A stretch of DNA of 63,799 bases, filler included, from Octopus bimaculoides (GCF_001194135.2; 7 parts of 7 records of this genome joined end to end with filler, not necessarily neighbours in it); one strand, 5' to 3'; numbered from the whole stretch's first letter, positions 23,604 through 36,519 are shown. Notes: generated from the letters alone by a model not told the origin. Translations and numbers: made by a program.

Positions 23604-24059
23604 GTATGAGAAGGGATGAGAACATCAACCGTGATCTTGTTAGTAATGGAGTTAATTGTGCATAATTTATCTCTGTATTTGTTTATGTCTCACTCTGTCT
23701 GTGAGTGTGTGTGCTTGTGCTTGTACAAGCTGAAAGAAATAAAGAAGAAGGAAACGAAAAAAGAATGAAAAGAAAACAAAAGAAAGAAGTAAAGAAAGAG
23801 GAAAGAAAGACAAAGAAAGACAGGGTGGGATAGAGCGATGTGCGTAGTAATGCATGCTTATGAGTGGTTAAGCAATTAAGAAGCATATGCTTCCTGGTTT
23901 AGTCCCATGTCATGACATTTTGGCCAAGTATTTCCTACGTTAGGCTCGGTTTTATCAATATCTTGTGAGCGAAATTTGATATCGCAAGACGTTACGTTGC
24001 AAAAGCATATCGCATATCGTCTGTATTTCATGCATGCGCGGCGCGTGTGTATATCTTCT

Positions 24060-24235
24060 ATATTTTACTTGTTGCAGTGACTGCACTGCAGCCATGCTTG
24101 GGGACCGATTTCATGGGTTTAGTCAAGCAAATCGACCCCAGTAGTAATTTTTAAGTCTGACACCGATTCTTTTGGACATTTATGCAAAACCTCTAAGTTA
24201 CAGGCGCATAAAGAAAACAACACCGGTAGACAGGC
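24060..24235 (-). mobile_element. SINE family A variant, 3' half, decayed
   Basis: GCAGCCATGCTTGGGGACC...GTCAAGCAAATCGACCCCAGTA. Confidence 0.65.
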
Positions 24236-24357
24236 CGTGGGGAAACAAACAGAAGCGTAAAAATACATACTAACACAAATGCACACACACGCACGCTGAC
24301 GCACATACACACGCATACACCTATGCACACGTACATATGTGTGTGCGTGTGTGTAGG

Positions 24358-24459
24358 ATTGGTTGTGTGGTAAGAAGCTTACTTCCCTACCACATGGTTC
24401 CGGGTTCAGTATCACTGTTTGGCACCTTGCGTGTCTTCTACTATAGCCTCGGGCCGACC
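24358..24459 (+). mobile_element. SINE family A, 5' half
   Basis: GTTGTGTGGTAAGAAGCTTAC...CTTCTACTATAGCCTCGGGCCGACC. Confidence 0.85.
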
Positions 24460-24460
24460 T

Positions 24461-24513
<53 letters not shown>

Positions 24514-24848
24514 CAGAGTATATAAATATATATAACAGAGTATATATATATATATATANNNNNNNNNNNNNNNNNNNNNNNNNNNNNNNNNNNNNNNNNN
24601 NNNNNNNNNNNNNNNNNNNNNNNNNNNNNNNNNNNNNNNNNNNNNNNNNNNNNNNNNNNNNNNNNNNNNNNNNNNNNNNNNNNNNNNNNNNNNNNNNNNN
24701 NNNNNNNNNNNNNNNNNNNNNNNNNNNNNNNNNNNNNNNNNNNNNNNNNNNNNNNNNNNNNNNNNNNNNNNNNNNNNNNNNNNNNNNNNNNNNNNNNNNN
24801 NNNNNNNNNNNNNNNNNNNNNNNNNNNATATATATATATATATATATA

Positions 24849-25020
24849 TATGGGAGAATATACAAATAATAACAACAGACGAGGACAGGTGGTGTAAATA
24901 ACAAAAGTATATATTAGTATGATGCTCGGGAATACGGAAAGTCTTTGACGTTTCGAGCTACGCTCTTCAACAGAAAGAATACGGAGACAAGGAGAAAAAC
25001 ACGGAGAAAAAAAATTGAAC
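24849..25020 (-). mobile_element. ~170-bp Penelope-pLTR/retrozyme-like element, copy 2 (hammerhead motif at 24942-24978)
   Basis: Differs from 9079-9250 at only a few positions. Hammerhead fold is identical and the copy abuts (TA)n. Confidence 0.75.
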
Positions 25021-26310
25021 ATATATATACATATATATATATACATATATATATATGTATATATACATAAATACATATATATATGTGTGTATGTATATAA
25101 TATATATATATATACTTACACACACACATATATACATACATACATACATATATATATACATACACATGTGTAAGAAGAAGAGTGTACGTGTGTCTGCCTG
25201 TGCGTATGTAATTATGTATGCTTGTGTATACACACGTTCGAGCGTGTGTGTGTGTTCGGGGGGGGGCGTATATTTGACTTGAAATCGTGGTAAACATAAT
25301 AAAAAGAAAGTTCTGGTGAAAGAAAGGAAACGCACACACACGTAAGTAACTTATCAGTTGAGCGTATTATGGATTACTCCTCCGAATGCTTATCCAATGC
25401 TGACAGCTATTTAGCTTTACGCATACATACTTTTATGCGTTTGCAATGCTTTATACACACACACACATACATACATACATACATACATACATACATACAT
25501 ACATACACACACACATACATACACACACACGTGCACGCACGTACATACATACACACATGCATGCGCATATGTGTGTATGTATGTATGTATGTATGTATGT
25601 ATGTATGTATGTGTGTGTGTGTGCATGTGTGTGTGAGTATATATATATATATATATATATATATATNNNNNNNNNNNNNNNNNNNNNNNNNNNNNNNNNN
25701 NNNNNNNNNNTTAATTAATTAANNNNNNNNNNNNNNNNNNNNNNNNNNNNNNNNNNNNNNNNNNNNAGAACAGGACAGTGAGCGCAAGACAGTAAAACGG
25801 TGAGAGTTGTTGTCTCTTCATGGCACTTCTACTTAGCGTTCATAATTTTTCTCTCGTCTTGGCTCAACAGCCCTCACCGTTTGTTTTTACAGTTTTGTTC
25901 ACACTGTCTTGTTTTTACTGTTTTTATTGTTTTTACTGTCTTGTTCTCACTGTCCTGTTCTTGTTAACACTTTCACCTATCCGCAAAAAAATCCAAATCT
26001 TTTTTAATTTGCTTTGCGGGAAGGACTGCTCCAACGAAGTCGCGTGTTGTCCTTGCCTTCGAAACGGGGAGTAGATGGAAGAGGGACAACTGAAGAAGGG
26101 ATATACTCTTTATGTTGCATGTCTCGTTTCTCTGTTTTTTTCGTTGTTCGAAAAAAGTTCGTTTTCTGTTTTCGTTTTTATGTTTTCGTGTCTCATTGCG
26201 CTTAACTTATTTTTTTGTGATGTCCTGTACCCATATATGCATGTATGTATACATATAGATGTAGGTATGTACATATATTTATGGATATATGCATATATTT
26301 ATATATTATT

Positions 26311-26385
<75 letters not shown>

Positions 26386-26646
26386 CATGCATACATACAT
26401 ACATACATGCATACATTCATACATATATACATACATACATTCATACATACATACATACATAAATAAATACATAAATACATTCATATACTTACATACATAT
26501 ACTTACATACGTAAATATATATATACATATATATATATATACATACTTACATGCGTAAATGCATACAGATGCATATTTAACTATGTATATACACACACAC
26601 ACACTCACATATAAGCTTATATGTGTACAACTATATATGCGTGTGT

Positions 26647-26647
<1 letters not shown>

Positions 26648-26715
<68 letters not shown>
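26648..26715. repeat. (TAGA)n microsatellite
   Basis: Perfect run. Confidence 0.98.
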
Positions 26716-27279
26716 CGATGCATATGTGTATCTCTATGCATAACCCTATCTCTCTGATACCCACATCTATTAGTCGTATCTTGGAATCATCTCAAATTTC
26801 TCCGATTTCTCCCATATTTTGAATACAAAACGTCTAGCAATTACTTCCGAGGCCCATTAAAGCTATCATATTATAGTAAGCTTAAAATAAGCCATCACTT
26901 TTTTTATCGCATATTGTCTTGCATGCAACGATGTTTGGTTGCAGTCAGTCTATTGTATACATACACACATTAAACTACAGTATGCAACACAGTTTCCAGC
27001 AGGCCCCTGATAGTATCAATCTTTCATTTATCGTGTGAGATTAAGCGTGTCAACATTCTTTCAATGATATGTTCTAATAAATATTTCATTTTCCCGCCAT
27101 ATTTTAGCCATTTCACAATTTAGTATACCGAGATCAATTTTTTTGCCTTTTAAATTGGTCACAACGGTTTTTTTCTTTTCACATGATAAGAAACATGAGT
27201 TATTTCCCTTACTTCTTCGTCATATTTCGTATACCTTCAAGCGAATTGGTGAAACTACAACGAAAATCTTAATCCCCGA

Positions 27280-27690
27280 TTAAGCACAAGTTCTCCAGCT
27301 GCCTTGCCTCTCTTGTCCAACCAGCCCATGATATTGTCCATCCATTGCGTATTTTGTCTCCTTCTCTACTCTTCCTTCTATAAGAACGTCTTTCAAACTT
27401 CTGCTTCTTCGAATACGGTCATAACACATGAGCGCTTGTTTTCCCCCAATGTTCAGGAGTTGTGTTTCACCTTCTTGTTGTAACATTCATTCATTTGTCG
27501 ATGGTCCTTGTAAGAGATCTGCCACATTTTCCTATACACACACATTTCGAACGCATTGATTATGTTCTCTTCAAATTTGTTCAGAGTCCATGCTTTGCAA
27601 CCGCAAATGTTTGCTGGCCAAGTGAGTTCTCGCACTAGCTGTGTTTTGAAATTATTTGGGACACTTTTGTTGCTCTCTGGAAGCCAATGA
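27280..27690 (-). mobile_element. RTE-clade LINE fragment (post-RT region)
   Basis: LVRELTWPANICGCKAWTLNKFEENIINAFEMCVYRKMWQISYKDH; downstream YDRIRRSRSLKDVLIEGRVE matches the RTE pattern WxxATYGCEAWTL...INAFEMWCYRRMLRISWxD. Confidence 0.85.
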
Positions 27691-27789
27691 GCGATCCGAA
27701 AAAGTGTCACGAACGCCACCCCCGGAAATGTGGAGAGAATTCATCATCGAGTGTATGAGGATCATTGGAGGGCAATCAAGAACGTTATG

Positions 27790-28297
27790 AAGCGTTTGAA
27801 GTGCATCGAGACTTCGTCCCCCAGGACCAGACGGTCAATCGAGAGTTTTACTGCGTCGTTTTGAAACGTTTGATGGAGGACATTCGGCGAAAGCGACTGG
27901 ATCTGTGGGGCGTAAAGAATTGGATTCTTCACGACGGCAATGCTTCCTGCCACCGACCTCTTCTCACTCGTGAGTTTCTCACCAAAAACAGCATGGTTTC
28001 GCTTCCACACTCATTCTATTCATCAGATTTAGCACCTACGGACTTCCATCTCTTCCCCCAAGATGAAAATGCAGCTCAAAGGTCGTAGTTTTAACACTCT
28101 TGGCAAAATCAAAAGCAATTCGCAGAATGGCCTCGTAACGCTTACGGAAAACGACTTACAGGTTGCATTCCAAAACACTTGAACCGGTATATTACTGCGC
28201 AAGGTGACTATTTCGAAGGAGATGATGTTAAAACTTAAGGAAATAAGTTGTTTTTTATTAAACATAACCAGTCCAGGAACTTTTTAATACCATCTCG
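27790..28297 (+). mobile_element. mariner transposase 3' half with right TIR
   Basis: VHRDFVPQDQTVNREFYCVVLKRL...WILHDGNASCH...LPHSFYSSDLAPTDFHLFP. Ends AGTCCAGGAACTTTTTAATACCATCTCG followed by TA. Confidence 0.92.
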
Positions 28298-28741
28298 TAC
28301 ATCTACTGAATGTCTTTCGAGATATATTTTTCTAAATGTTTGATTTCTTTCTATCCATAAAAGAAATATGTTGATTTTGCAATAGCATTTCGCTCCACTA
28401 TTTTTCAACTTCTTACTCTTGTATATTAATATGAATGTTATATACTAGACAGCAACTCGCATTGAAAAGTATCCACGTTTAATCTGATCAATACACGGTC
28501 TACTTACTCTATATCAGTACTATGTGTGTATGTCTCTGTGTGTATGTGTTTGTGCATGTGCGTGTGTATGTGTATGTGTGTGTGCGTGTGCGTGCGTGCG
28601 TGCGTGCGTGCGTGTGTACTAATCTTTTGACTGACATTTTTCATTCAGACATACTTGGGTCTTAACAATTACATTCTAGTTGGTTTCATTGTCTTTTACA
28701 GAATTTTGGTTATGGTTAGATTTTTGAAATCCCACGTTTAA

Positions 28742-28970
28742 CCTTTTACAGCGGAAATCAGATATATCCACTCAAAATTTCATTACACTTAACTGCGGAA
28801 AGCAGTTTTATATACTAATCTAAATTTTGTTGCGGAATGTCATCTATAGAACTACTTTTTGTTGAGATATGTCAAGTTTATTGAGTCAACATGACTTGCA
28901 GAAAACACACATTCTGTTTCTGGTAGATATTTAATATCATTACATGAAATTTAATTTCGCAGTTAAAAGG
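28742..28970. mobile_element. piggyBac-type MITE
   Basis: TTAA on both sides (28738-41 and 28971-74). Imperfect TIRs CCTTTTACAGCGGAAAT and CCTTTTAACTGCGAAAT. Confidence 0.7.
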
Positions 28971-29703
28971 TTAAGAAATAGATGTTCTTTCTTGCACTAT
29001 GTGACACAAAGTGTATGTAGGAACCCCTACAGAATATTCTGCTATGAAAATTTTACTCTTATTTGCACTTGTATTTATTATTTTCTCACTCAAAATCTAC
29101 TAATACTTACATACTCCTCACATAATCAGATTTAACCACTAAAGCAGTGATGTAGTCTTTTAAATAAAGGCAATTTTTTTCATTACAGATGAACATATAT
29201 CTCTGATTCACCGAATGCGACAAATGCTGACAGTCGCATATACACTGTTAAACTTTATCCCAGATATTAAATACGTGCACGCGCGCACTTTTTATGTAAT
29301 ATTTTGTTTTTTTCTTCCAGTTCTCTTTCTCTCAGCCTCCTTACCGAACTACTTTGGTTCCGACAAACTCATTGTTTCCGCGTATCTAATTAAATCATAA
29401 AGTTATATGACTGCATAAATACACCATAATATGTATGTGTGTATGTATGTATGTATGTATGTATGTATGACGCTAACTGCTAGATATATTCCTTCAATCT
29501 GAATGGTTCACTCAAACTACCGTCTGGATTTAACTAGGATTTTACTTAAGGGGCTATACCTTCACGGAAATACAGACAATCTTCCATGCCTTTCGGAACG
29601 AGATGAACTTTGAACTTTATTCTTCTATCTTTATTCTTCTTTCTATTGTTTCATTCTTTTGTATACCGTTAATTCTCTGTCTGGAACTTGCCTGCATACA
29701 CAC

Positions 29704-29753
29704 CTTGTCTCTGATGACGGAATACCCAGTGTATGGGGATGTTGAACCATTAC
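29704..29753 (-). CDS. Candidate 50-bp exon, unassigned
   Basis: Acceptor CTAACAGTTTTTCTGGGCTATCCCAG and donor AAG|GTGTGT. Phase-1 frame GNGSTSPYTGYSVIRDK. Confidence 0.2.
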
Positions 29754-29917
29754 CTGGGATAGCCCAGAAAAACTGTTAGACATTAATTACTTCTACTTCT
29801 CCTTTTTCGATTCAGCTTACTCTAATTAAATAATTAAATATTCTAAATGACCTGAGATACTCGACCTGCCTCGGTTTTATTTTACTTTCCTTTACTATAT
29901 GTATGTGCGTGTGTGTG

Positions 29918-30146
29918 TCATTTAATGTACATAATATAAAGATACGAGCTACTAATACTTTCATGCAGAGGAGATGCGAGTCTAGCCAGATTTGCAATAA
30001 ATTGAATAGGCCCTGTGCTCACAGCCTGCAGACTGCTTAGAGGCACAAAACGTATTATAAAAATCTTCCCAGCCTTTCATCTCCAATACATGAAACTATT
30101 AGTAGCGCGTATCTTTATCTTTCTTTATACTGTGTACATTAAATGA
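29918..30146. repeat. Long imperfect inverted repeat (foldback, ~70-80 bp arms)
   Basis: TCATTTAATGTACATAATATAAAGATACGAGCTACTAATACTTTCATGCAGAGGAGATG pairs with CATCTCCAATACATGAAACTATTAGTAGCGCGTATCTTTA(TCTTTCTTTA)TACTGTGTACATTAAATGA. Confidence 0.85.
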
Positions 30147-30223
30147 TATTTACCTTTCACTGGATGAAGTACTTTCTTTGCTGGCCTTACCTTAACGGAT
30201 CAGTAAACTATATGTGTATGTAT

Positions 30224-30268
<45 letters not shown>

Positions 30269-30716
30269 CCATTCGTAGATAGATCATTGAATTCTGATCC
30301 ATTCTAGCATCACATAAATTTCAATGGAGATTTTTATGGGATTTGGAACGTTTTTATATATGTGCACTTATTGTTGTTATCAATTTCTTTTTCTATTTTG
30401 TAATCATTCCACGTATAATACTTCAATTTTAGTCAGATAAATTATATAATATCATTATAGTTACTAATATATTTATAGCACAGAGATTTTATATTGGTGC
30501 TATGCTTATATGAATATGTGTATTTAGCGTTCAGAAAACTGACCATGAGCACGACTCAAATGAAATGAGAGAATTATGAAAATACATGTTATTTCCACCT
30601 GGAATCACTAACATTTTAGGATGTCTCGCTTTACTGGATTGGAAAACATTTTGCAACAATGGCTGTAGCTGAAATTAATGCTTTTCTGCAGAAAATGGAA
30701 TTATTGTTATCGTTGC

Positions 30717-30772
30717 TTATTTGATTGTTTGAGCTAGTCGACAAATCTCATTCGCAATTCGTTTTTCACATT
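30717..30772 (-). CDS. Candidate terminal coding exon, unassigned
   Basis: Strong acceptor GTTTTCTTCATTTCTTCTAG. Phase-1 frame ECEKRIANEICRLAQTIK*. Confidence 0.25.
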
Positions 30773-30817
30773 CTAGAAGAAATGAAGAAAACTTAATGCT
30801 CACAGGCATACATGTAT

Positions 30818-30818
30818 G

Positions 30819-30912
<94 letters not shown>

Positions 30913-30945
30913 GGCAGGCAGGCAGGCAGGCAGGCAGACAGATAG
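30818..30945. repeat. Compound microsatellite (TAGA)n-(CAGA)n-(CAGG)n
   Basis: Directly visible. Confidence 0.95.
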
Positions 30946-31062
30946 ACATATATACATAGAAATACACGAATGAATGCATATGTATAATATATATAAATAC
31001 CATTATACAAATGTGTATGTATGTGTGTATATATATATATAAATATATATGTATATGTGTAC

Positions 31063-31164
<102 letters not shown>

Positions 31165-31284
31165 CATTCTGATTGTGATTGCATTAACCTTGATCTAATC
31201 AAGCTAACCCAAGGCACTTATGTGACAGATCGAAATGACTAGCTACGAATCAAAGCTCTACATTCAATGTATACTTTTGTTAGG

Positions 31285-31483
31285 GTGGTGAGATCGCACA
31301 CCAGACAAAATGCTTTGCAATATTTCGTCCGTCTTTACGTTCTGAGTTCGAATTCCACCGAGATTGACTTTGCCTTTCATCATTTCGGGGTCGATGAAAT
31401 ATGCACCAGTTGAGCACTGGACTTGTTGCAATCGATTTACATCCTCTCCATAAATTGCTGTCCTTGTGTCAAAATTTGAAACC
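31285..31483 (+). mobile_element. SINE family B, decayed
   Basis: GTTCTGAGTTCGAATTCCACCGAGATTGACTTTGCCTTTCATCATTTCGGGGTCGATGAAA. Confidence 0.85.
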
Positions 31484-32084
31484 AATGTGTACTTTTCTTC
31501 TGTCTAATGGAGACCAACGCCTGTACTAATCTAATAACGTTAGCATTGGTTTTAAGATAGAGTTGGTTGTTATTCATAGAAGATCGAGTTCTCTCATTTC
31601 CTTGTCTTTCTGTTGTTCTTTGTTTGTTGTTTTTGTTTTTACTTTTCTTTTCGAGCTAAATGTAAATCATATTGTTATCCAATGTCCTTTATTTAAACAG
31701 TAGCACGTGATTTTCAGGATATTTGGCTACTATTCCTAGCAGATTATGCAACATATAAAGGTTACCTAGCTCGTCTATTGTAACTTTTGCTTTACTTTCC
31801 TGCATAGGCTTCTACCACTGGGATGAGCTTTTATCATAACGTATAGTAACCAAAGAAAAATATTTGTATTTTAAAGTGTCTCTTACTTGCAGTAATAATG
31901 AAGGCCGCTAAAAGACCAATCGACCTGTTACGAATAACATTCAAACCACACTCAAATAACATTTTACCACCTTAAACTAGATAGTATAGTTCTAGATATA
32001 TTATGGCTAGAAATTGTAGTGGATAATCAAACTAACAGTAGCAACAAAAATAACTTGTTCTTTCGAACCAGTGGTATCACTCTA

Positions 32085-32240
32085 TTTACTAGAAATAGCA
32101 ACCGAATTCTCCTCAAATCACACATTACCATTTACAAATAGTAACGCAGGACAGTTTCGATAATGTGAGGTTGGATATATTGTCTTAAATAAGATTGGTC
32201 TATCATGGCTGGGACATTGTGATCACAAGCTCGTATTTAC
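32085..32240 (+). mobile_element. Unclassified dispersed repeat D (CTAGAAATAGCA...CCTCAAATCAC motif)
   Basis: The same motif recurs near 18400, 31720(-), 42660, 45785, 49590, 50800, 53615 and 56610(-). Confidence 0.55.
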
Positions 32241-33639
32241 AACCCGGATGTTGTAAATAGTTTTATTGCTTGCATTAAAAGTGAAAGTAAGTAAACAGTA
32301 GCCAGACAAATGTTTTATTTGTTTTTGCTTTTATTTGTTTCTGTCTTTATTCTTTTGTTATTTTTGACGTTTCTAAATTGATTGTCTTTCATTTCTAAAA
32401 ATTAGAGAAAGTGATAGACTAAATTAATCTCTTTTAATAATCAGTGTTGGCCTGGCGTTAAACCAAAGCAACAGACATTAACTATCCCTTATCACGATGC
32501 TAATAGGTTAAGTGCGAAGAAATTTGATGTTAAATTTTGGCACAATTTAACAAATTGTTTGTGATATCCGACATCATGAGGAGACAAAAATATATAGTTG
32601 TCGACGACTCCAGTGCCACATATAACGCCATTAAGTAGTTTTAACAAAGTTTTTTTCTTTTTTGCCATGGATCTCTATTTCAGTCTAACTTAACTATTAT
32701 TTTTAAGCTTTCAGAACCTCCATTTGTTGTCTATTTAAGTCGTTCTTCTTTGAAGTTATAAATAAATTTATTTTGTACTATGTGAAAGTAATGAAACAAT
32801 AACCAGACAACAAGACAACTGTTATTATTGTTTTATTTTTGCTCTTTTTGTCTTAGTGCTGGTGTCTTTAAATTGATTGTCTTTCATTTGCAAGAAGTAT
32901 TTGCAAGAAGATTAACTAAATTAATCCCTTTAATAATCCTGTACAAATTCGAAGTATCTCTTATTTTGCTTTCTTTTTAGTCTGTTATGCTAGTATATTT
33001 AACGATAATTGTTCATCAACTAGGCTTGAACAGCTATGTACACCCTATCGAGCTAAGATCGTAACCTATTTTGAAATTTTAATTGGAAATTTTTCACTTG
33101 ACTTTCATTCGGTAATGATCATGTAAACGATATTATAAACACCACGACTCTCATTTCATTCAGGCTTGAAACTCATTGTTTCTATCCATCAATTGATGGA
33201 TAACTATTATTAAGCAATGTCAATTAATTAAGGATATTCCTTACACATGCGTGAAATAATTAACTATTGATTGAGTGATTAATTGATACTAGCACTGAAG
33301 CTTATCTAATAGCTAGATGTTACTGCTTAATCTCTTGTATTAATCAAGAATAGGCAGGCATTTCCAATATAAATTCTCTCTGGCTGAAGCCTGGTTAGTT
33401 GAAATTCTCTCACTAATGCTATTGAACATTCTTGGTTCAGGTTAACTCACTCCAAATTAAATGCACTCAGGCAAGGACTTTGCAGAAGTCTCACAGAGAC
33501 TCCATGCTCATGCATGCAATCAGAATTCTTTACACCACCGATGTAGTCTGGGAGCAAGACCGTCACTCAGTCACTCACTCAGTCATGCACCAGTGTCGTC
33601 GCGGGCGTTGTTGTCGCATGCAGCACAGCAACAAGTCCG

Positions 33640-33760
33640 GTATTTTTCTGCTAATTCGACGTCTTGGATTGATATTTTTTATTGACCCCGAAAGAAGGAA
33701 AGGCAAAGTTTTAACCTCAGTGAGATTTGAATCAAGAGAGTCGAAACAACTACCACAAGA
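33640..33760 (-). mobile_element. SINE family B fragment
   Basis: TTTATTGACCCCGAAAGAAGGAAAGGCAAAG...GAGATTTGAATC. Confidence 0.7.
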
Positions 33761-33794
33761 CAATGTATCCAACGCTTATGACACGAAATATATA

Positions 33795-34098
33795 CGCTAT
33801 GCTTCATCCACTTTACTCTCCTGATCTTGTTCCTTCTGCCTGTCATCTTTTCAGATCATTGTAACATTTTTTGGTGAGAAAACAGTTGATTGTGCAGACG
33901 ATGAAAATGATACTGAGTGTTTCTTTGCTTCGAAACCTAAAGAAGTTTACTGCCGAGAGGTCAAAAGTTTGCCAAGTACCTTATGTCAGCAAAAACGAGG
34001 GGAAATATTATCTTGATTAAACAGACCAATTAAGACTAAATAAGCATTTATTTCTTTCTCATCTTAAAATGCAAAAAAAAACTTTCTTTCCAACCTGA
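33795..34098 (+). mobile_element. mariner (YSPDLAP-type) 3' remnant with right TIR
   Basis: MLHPLYSPDLVPSACHLFRSL*HFL...ECFFASKPKE...NEGKYYLD*. Ends ACTTTCTTTCCAACCTGA followed by TA. Confidence 0.85.
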
Positions 34099-34555
34099 TA
34101 TAAATATATGTGTGTGTGTGTGTATACATAAACACGTACACATATATTCACACACATACATTAATATAAGTGTGGTGTATGCGTGTCTGCTTGCATGTGT
34201 AGTAAATCGCTAGATTTTAGTCTCTACTTCATTTATAAATTAAATGAGACAGTCTTAACTTAAGCGTTAATGCGACCACTGTGAAATTGTATTTAAAGCT
34301 ACTGTTATTCAGCTTGTAAGTAAATCAGGTAGCCTGATTTGAATATTTAGCACATCTTCAGTCATTAGTTCTATTTAGTAAATTACCGATGTGCCAACGG
34401 TGTATTCATTCTCAAACTTAATATGTGATGAATCCATAGATTTTAGCTGTCATTGCATTTATAAATTAATGAAATTTATTGCATACATTAGACATTCGCA
34501 AACGTTTGTCATGTTTATATAACCACAACATGGACGTTACACATACAGACAGAAT

Positions 34556-34601
<46 letters not shown>

Positions 34602-35689
34602 GGGAGAGAGAATGAGAGGGGGCATCATACATACATACATACATACATACATACATACATACATGACTTAGAGGAAGAAGATCAATGTTCATGAACGTTT
34701 GAAGGGCTTCCAAGACTAGTGTGAGGAAGGAAACTACTGCTTTATGGGACACCTTGCTCAAATACTAATGACAGAGTTAACTCTGCGGAAAGCACCAAAC
34801 GTAAAGGTTCTAAGCCAAAGGATGGATGAATGCTACGACGCAAGGACAAACATGATCATTCCAGCATTTTCCCACATAGTTTCCACCTACCTATCAATAT
34901 GTAGTATAGAGTGGGATAAATTCACCTCAGTAAATGTCACAATGACACAAAGCTGCACATTTTGAGCGAGGATCTTTTTGTTGTTGTTGTTGTTGTTTTA
35001 ATCAACACATTACATGACTGATAATTAATATTATCGACCTCCGCCTTCCTTCCGAAGGATGAAAGGAAAAGTTCGACTCAGCAGGATATAATTAAGTATT
35101 TCAGCATTTTTTCATAAAATGAACTTCCGAAAAGGTGCTATATCTTATTCTTCCCCCTTTACCTGTTTCTTTGTCTCGCTCTCTCTCTCTCTTTCTTCTA
35201 TCCCTTTCTCTTTTTATTTCTTTGTTGCTAAAACTAATCTTAACAGCATGTAACATTCAGTTGCGATGGCAGGTTTTTTTTTGTTTCATATATATTTTTT
35301 AAAAATATAGATAACACGAAAATATCATGTCCCCAAACGCTCTAACTTATAAAATAGTTTTCTATGAATTTTAACAAAATATTCCTGACTACCAGAATCT
35401 GGTGAACATTTCATATGCTACTTTGCTTCATAATATTTCACTTAATATCTGTAAAATATTAATTCGAATCAATATAATGTAATTGTACTTCAGTGTTGTC
35501 ACATTTAAGTTCTCGTGCACCCTTATAATTGTTCAATACTCCACACATAAGTAGTGCTTCAAAGTAGTGAAATGAATTACAACTCAAACATACAACCATA
35601 CACACAAACGCAAACACTTGTACACACAACCACAAACTCTCGTACACACTTCAGGGAAAGTAACATGTGTAGAAATATTTCAATACTAA

Positions 35690-36510
35690 ATTTATTCAAA
35701 CATCACGGGACTAATAGAAGCTACCTTTAATTTTTGTTTGCCTTTTGGGGGACCATTTTCAACGCGGTTACCTTTAATATTTTTATTTTTTAAAGATTTT
35801 AATGGAAAATTTTCCATAAATGTTTCTTTTTAAAAAATGGCGAAACAACTAGGATGTTGTTGGCGTACGAAATAGTCACCGGGTATTACTTTGAGATTTA
35901 AAATAAACGATGGAAACTTTCTTATGACTTCTTGATGTAACTAAGAGCAACCGTGACAAAAAGGCAGAGGTGTAGTTGTCATTTAAGGAACGTAGGACCA
36001 TTTTAAAGTGGTATTTCAATTTTGAGAACGTTGTTCAAGTTCAACGACAACGGAGGCATGAATTTGGAATAGAACCACCAACATTTCTGACAATTTCACA
36101 GATTCGTGATAAGTTAGAAACATGGTACAGTGTGTGATGTGCATCAGGGAAAATCTGGCAGACCTCGTACAGTAACAAGTACTGCTTTCTCGGCTATGGT
36201 GTTGGAACATTTCACACACACGCCACAGAAGTCTACGCAAGACAAAAATAAGCAGTATAAGCATACGGCACATTCTTAAAAGGCCTAAGTGAAAAGTTTA
36301 CATCCCACGATTATTGCATGCAATTAACGATGACGATCCTGATCGAATAATCGAGTAGTTTTCTGAGTGGTTTCAACACATGGCAGGCAAGGATGAATAG
36401 TTTGTGAGGATAATTGTATGGTCTGATGAATCACAATTAACTAAAGAGAACAGTGAACCAACAGAACTTCTTTACTGACACCAGAAAATCCTTGCTTGCA
36501 TGTGGACAAA
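35690..36510 (+). mobile_element. Tc1/mariner-like transposase 5' half with DUF4817-type HTH, decayed
   Basis: ERRTILKWYFNFENVVQVQRQRRHEFGIEPPT...GKSGRPRTVTS...IPRLLHAINDDDPDR...IVWSDESQ (first catalytic D). Left boundary approximate. Confidence 0.8.
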
Positions 36511-36519
36511 GCAGTTTCA

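Noticed and set aside
26040-26110. GAAAC...CTGAAGA as another hammerhead
   Set aside because: Helices I-III cannot be formed in the required register.
29711-29770. CTGATGA hammerhead core
   Set aside because: No helix II followed by GAAA at a suitable distance.
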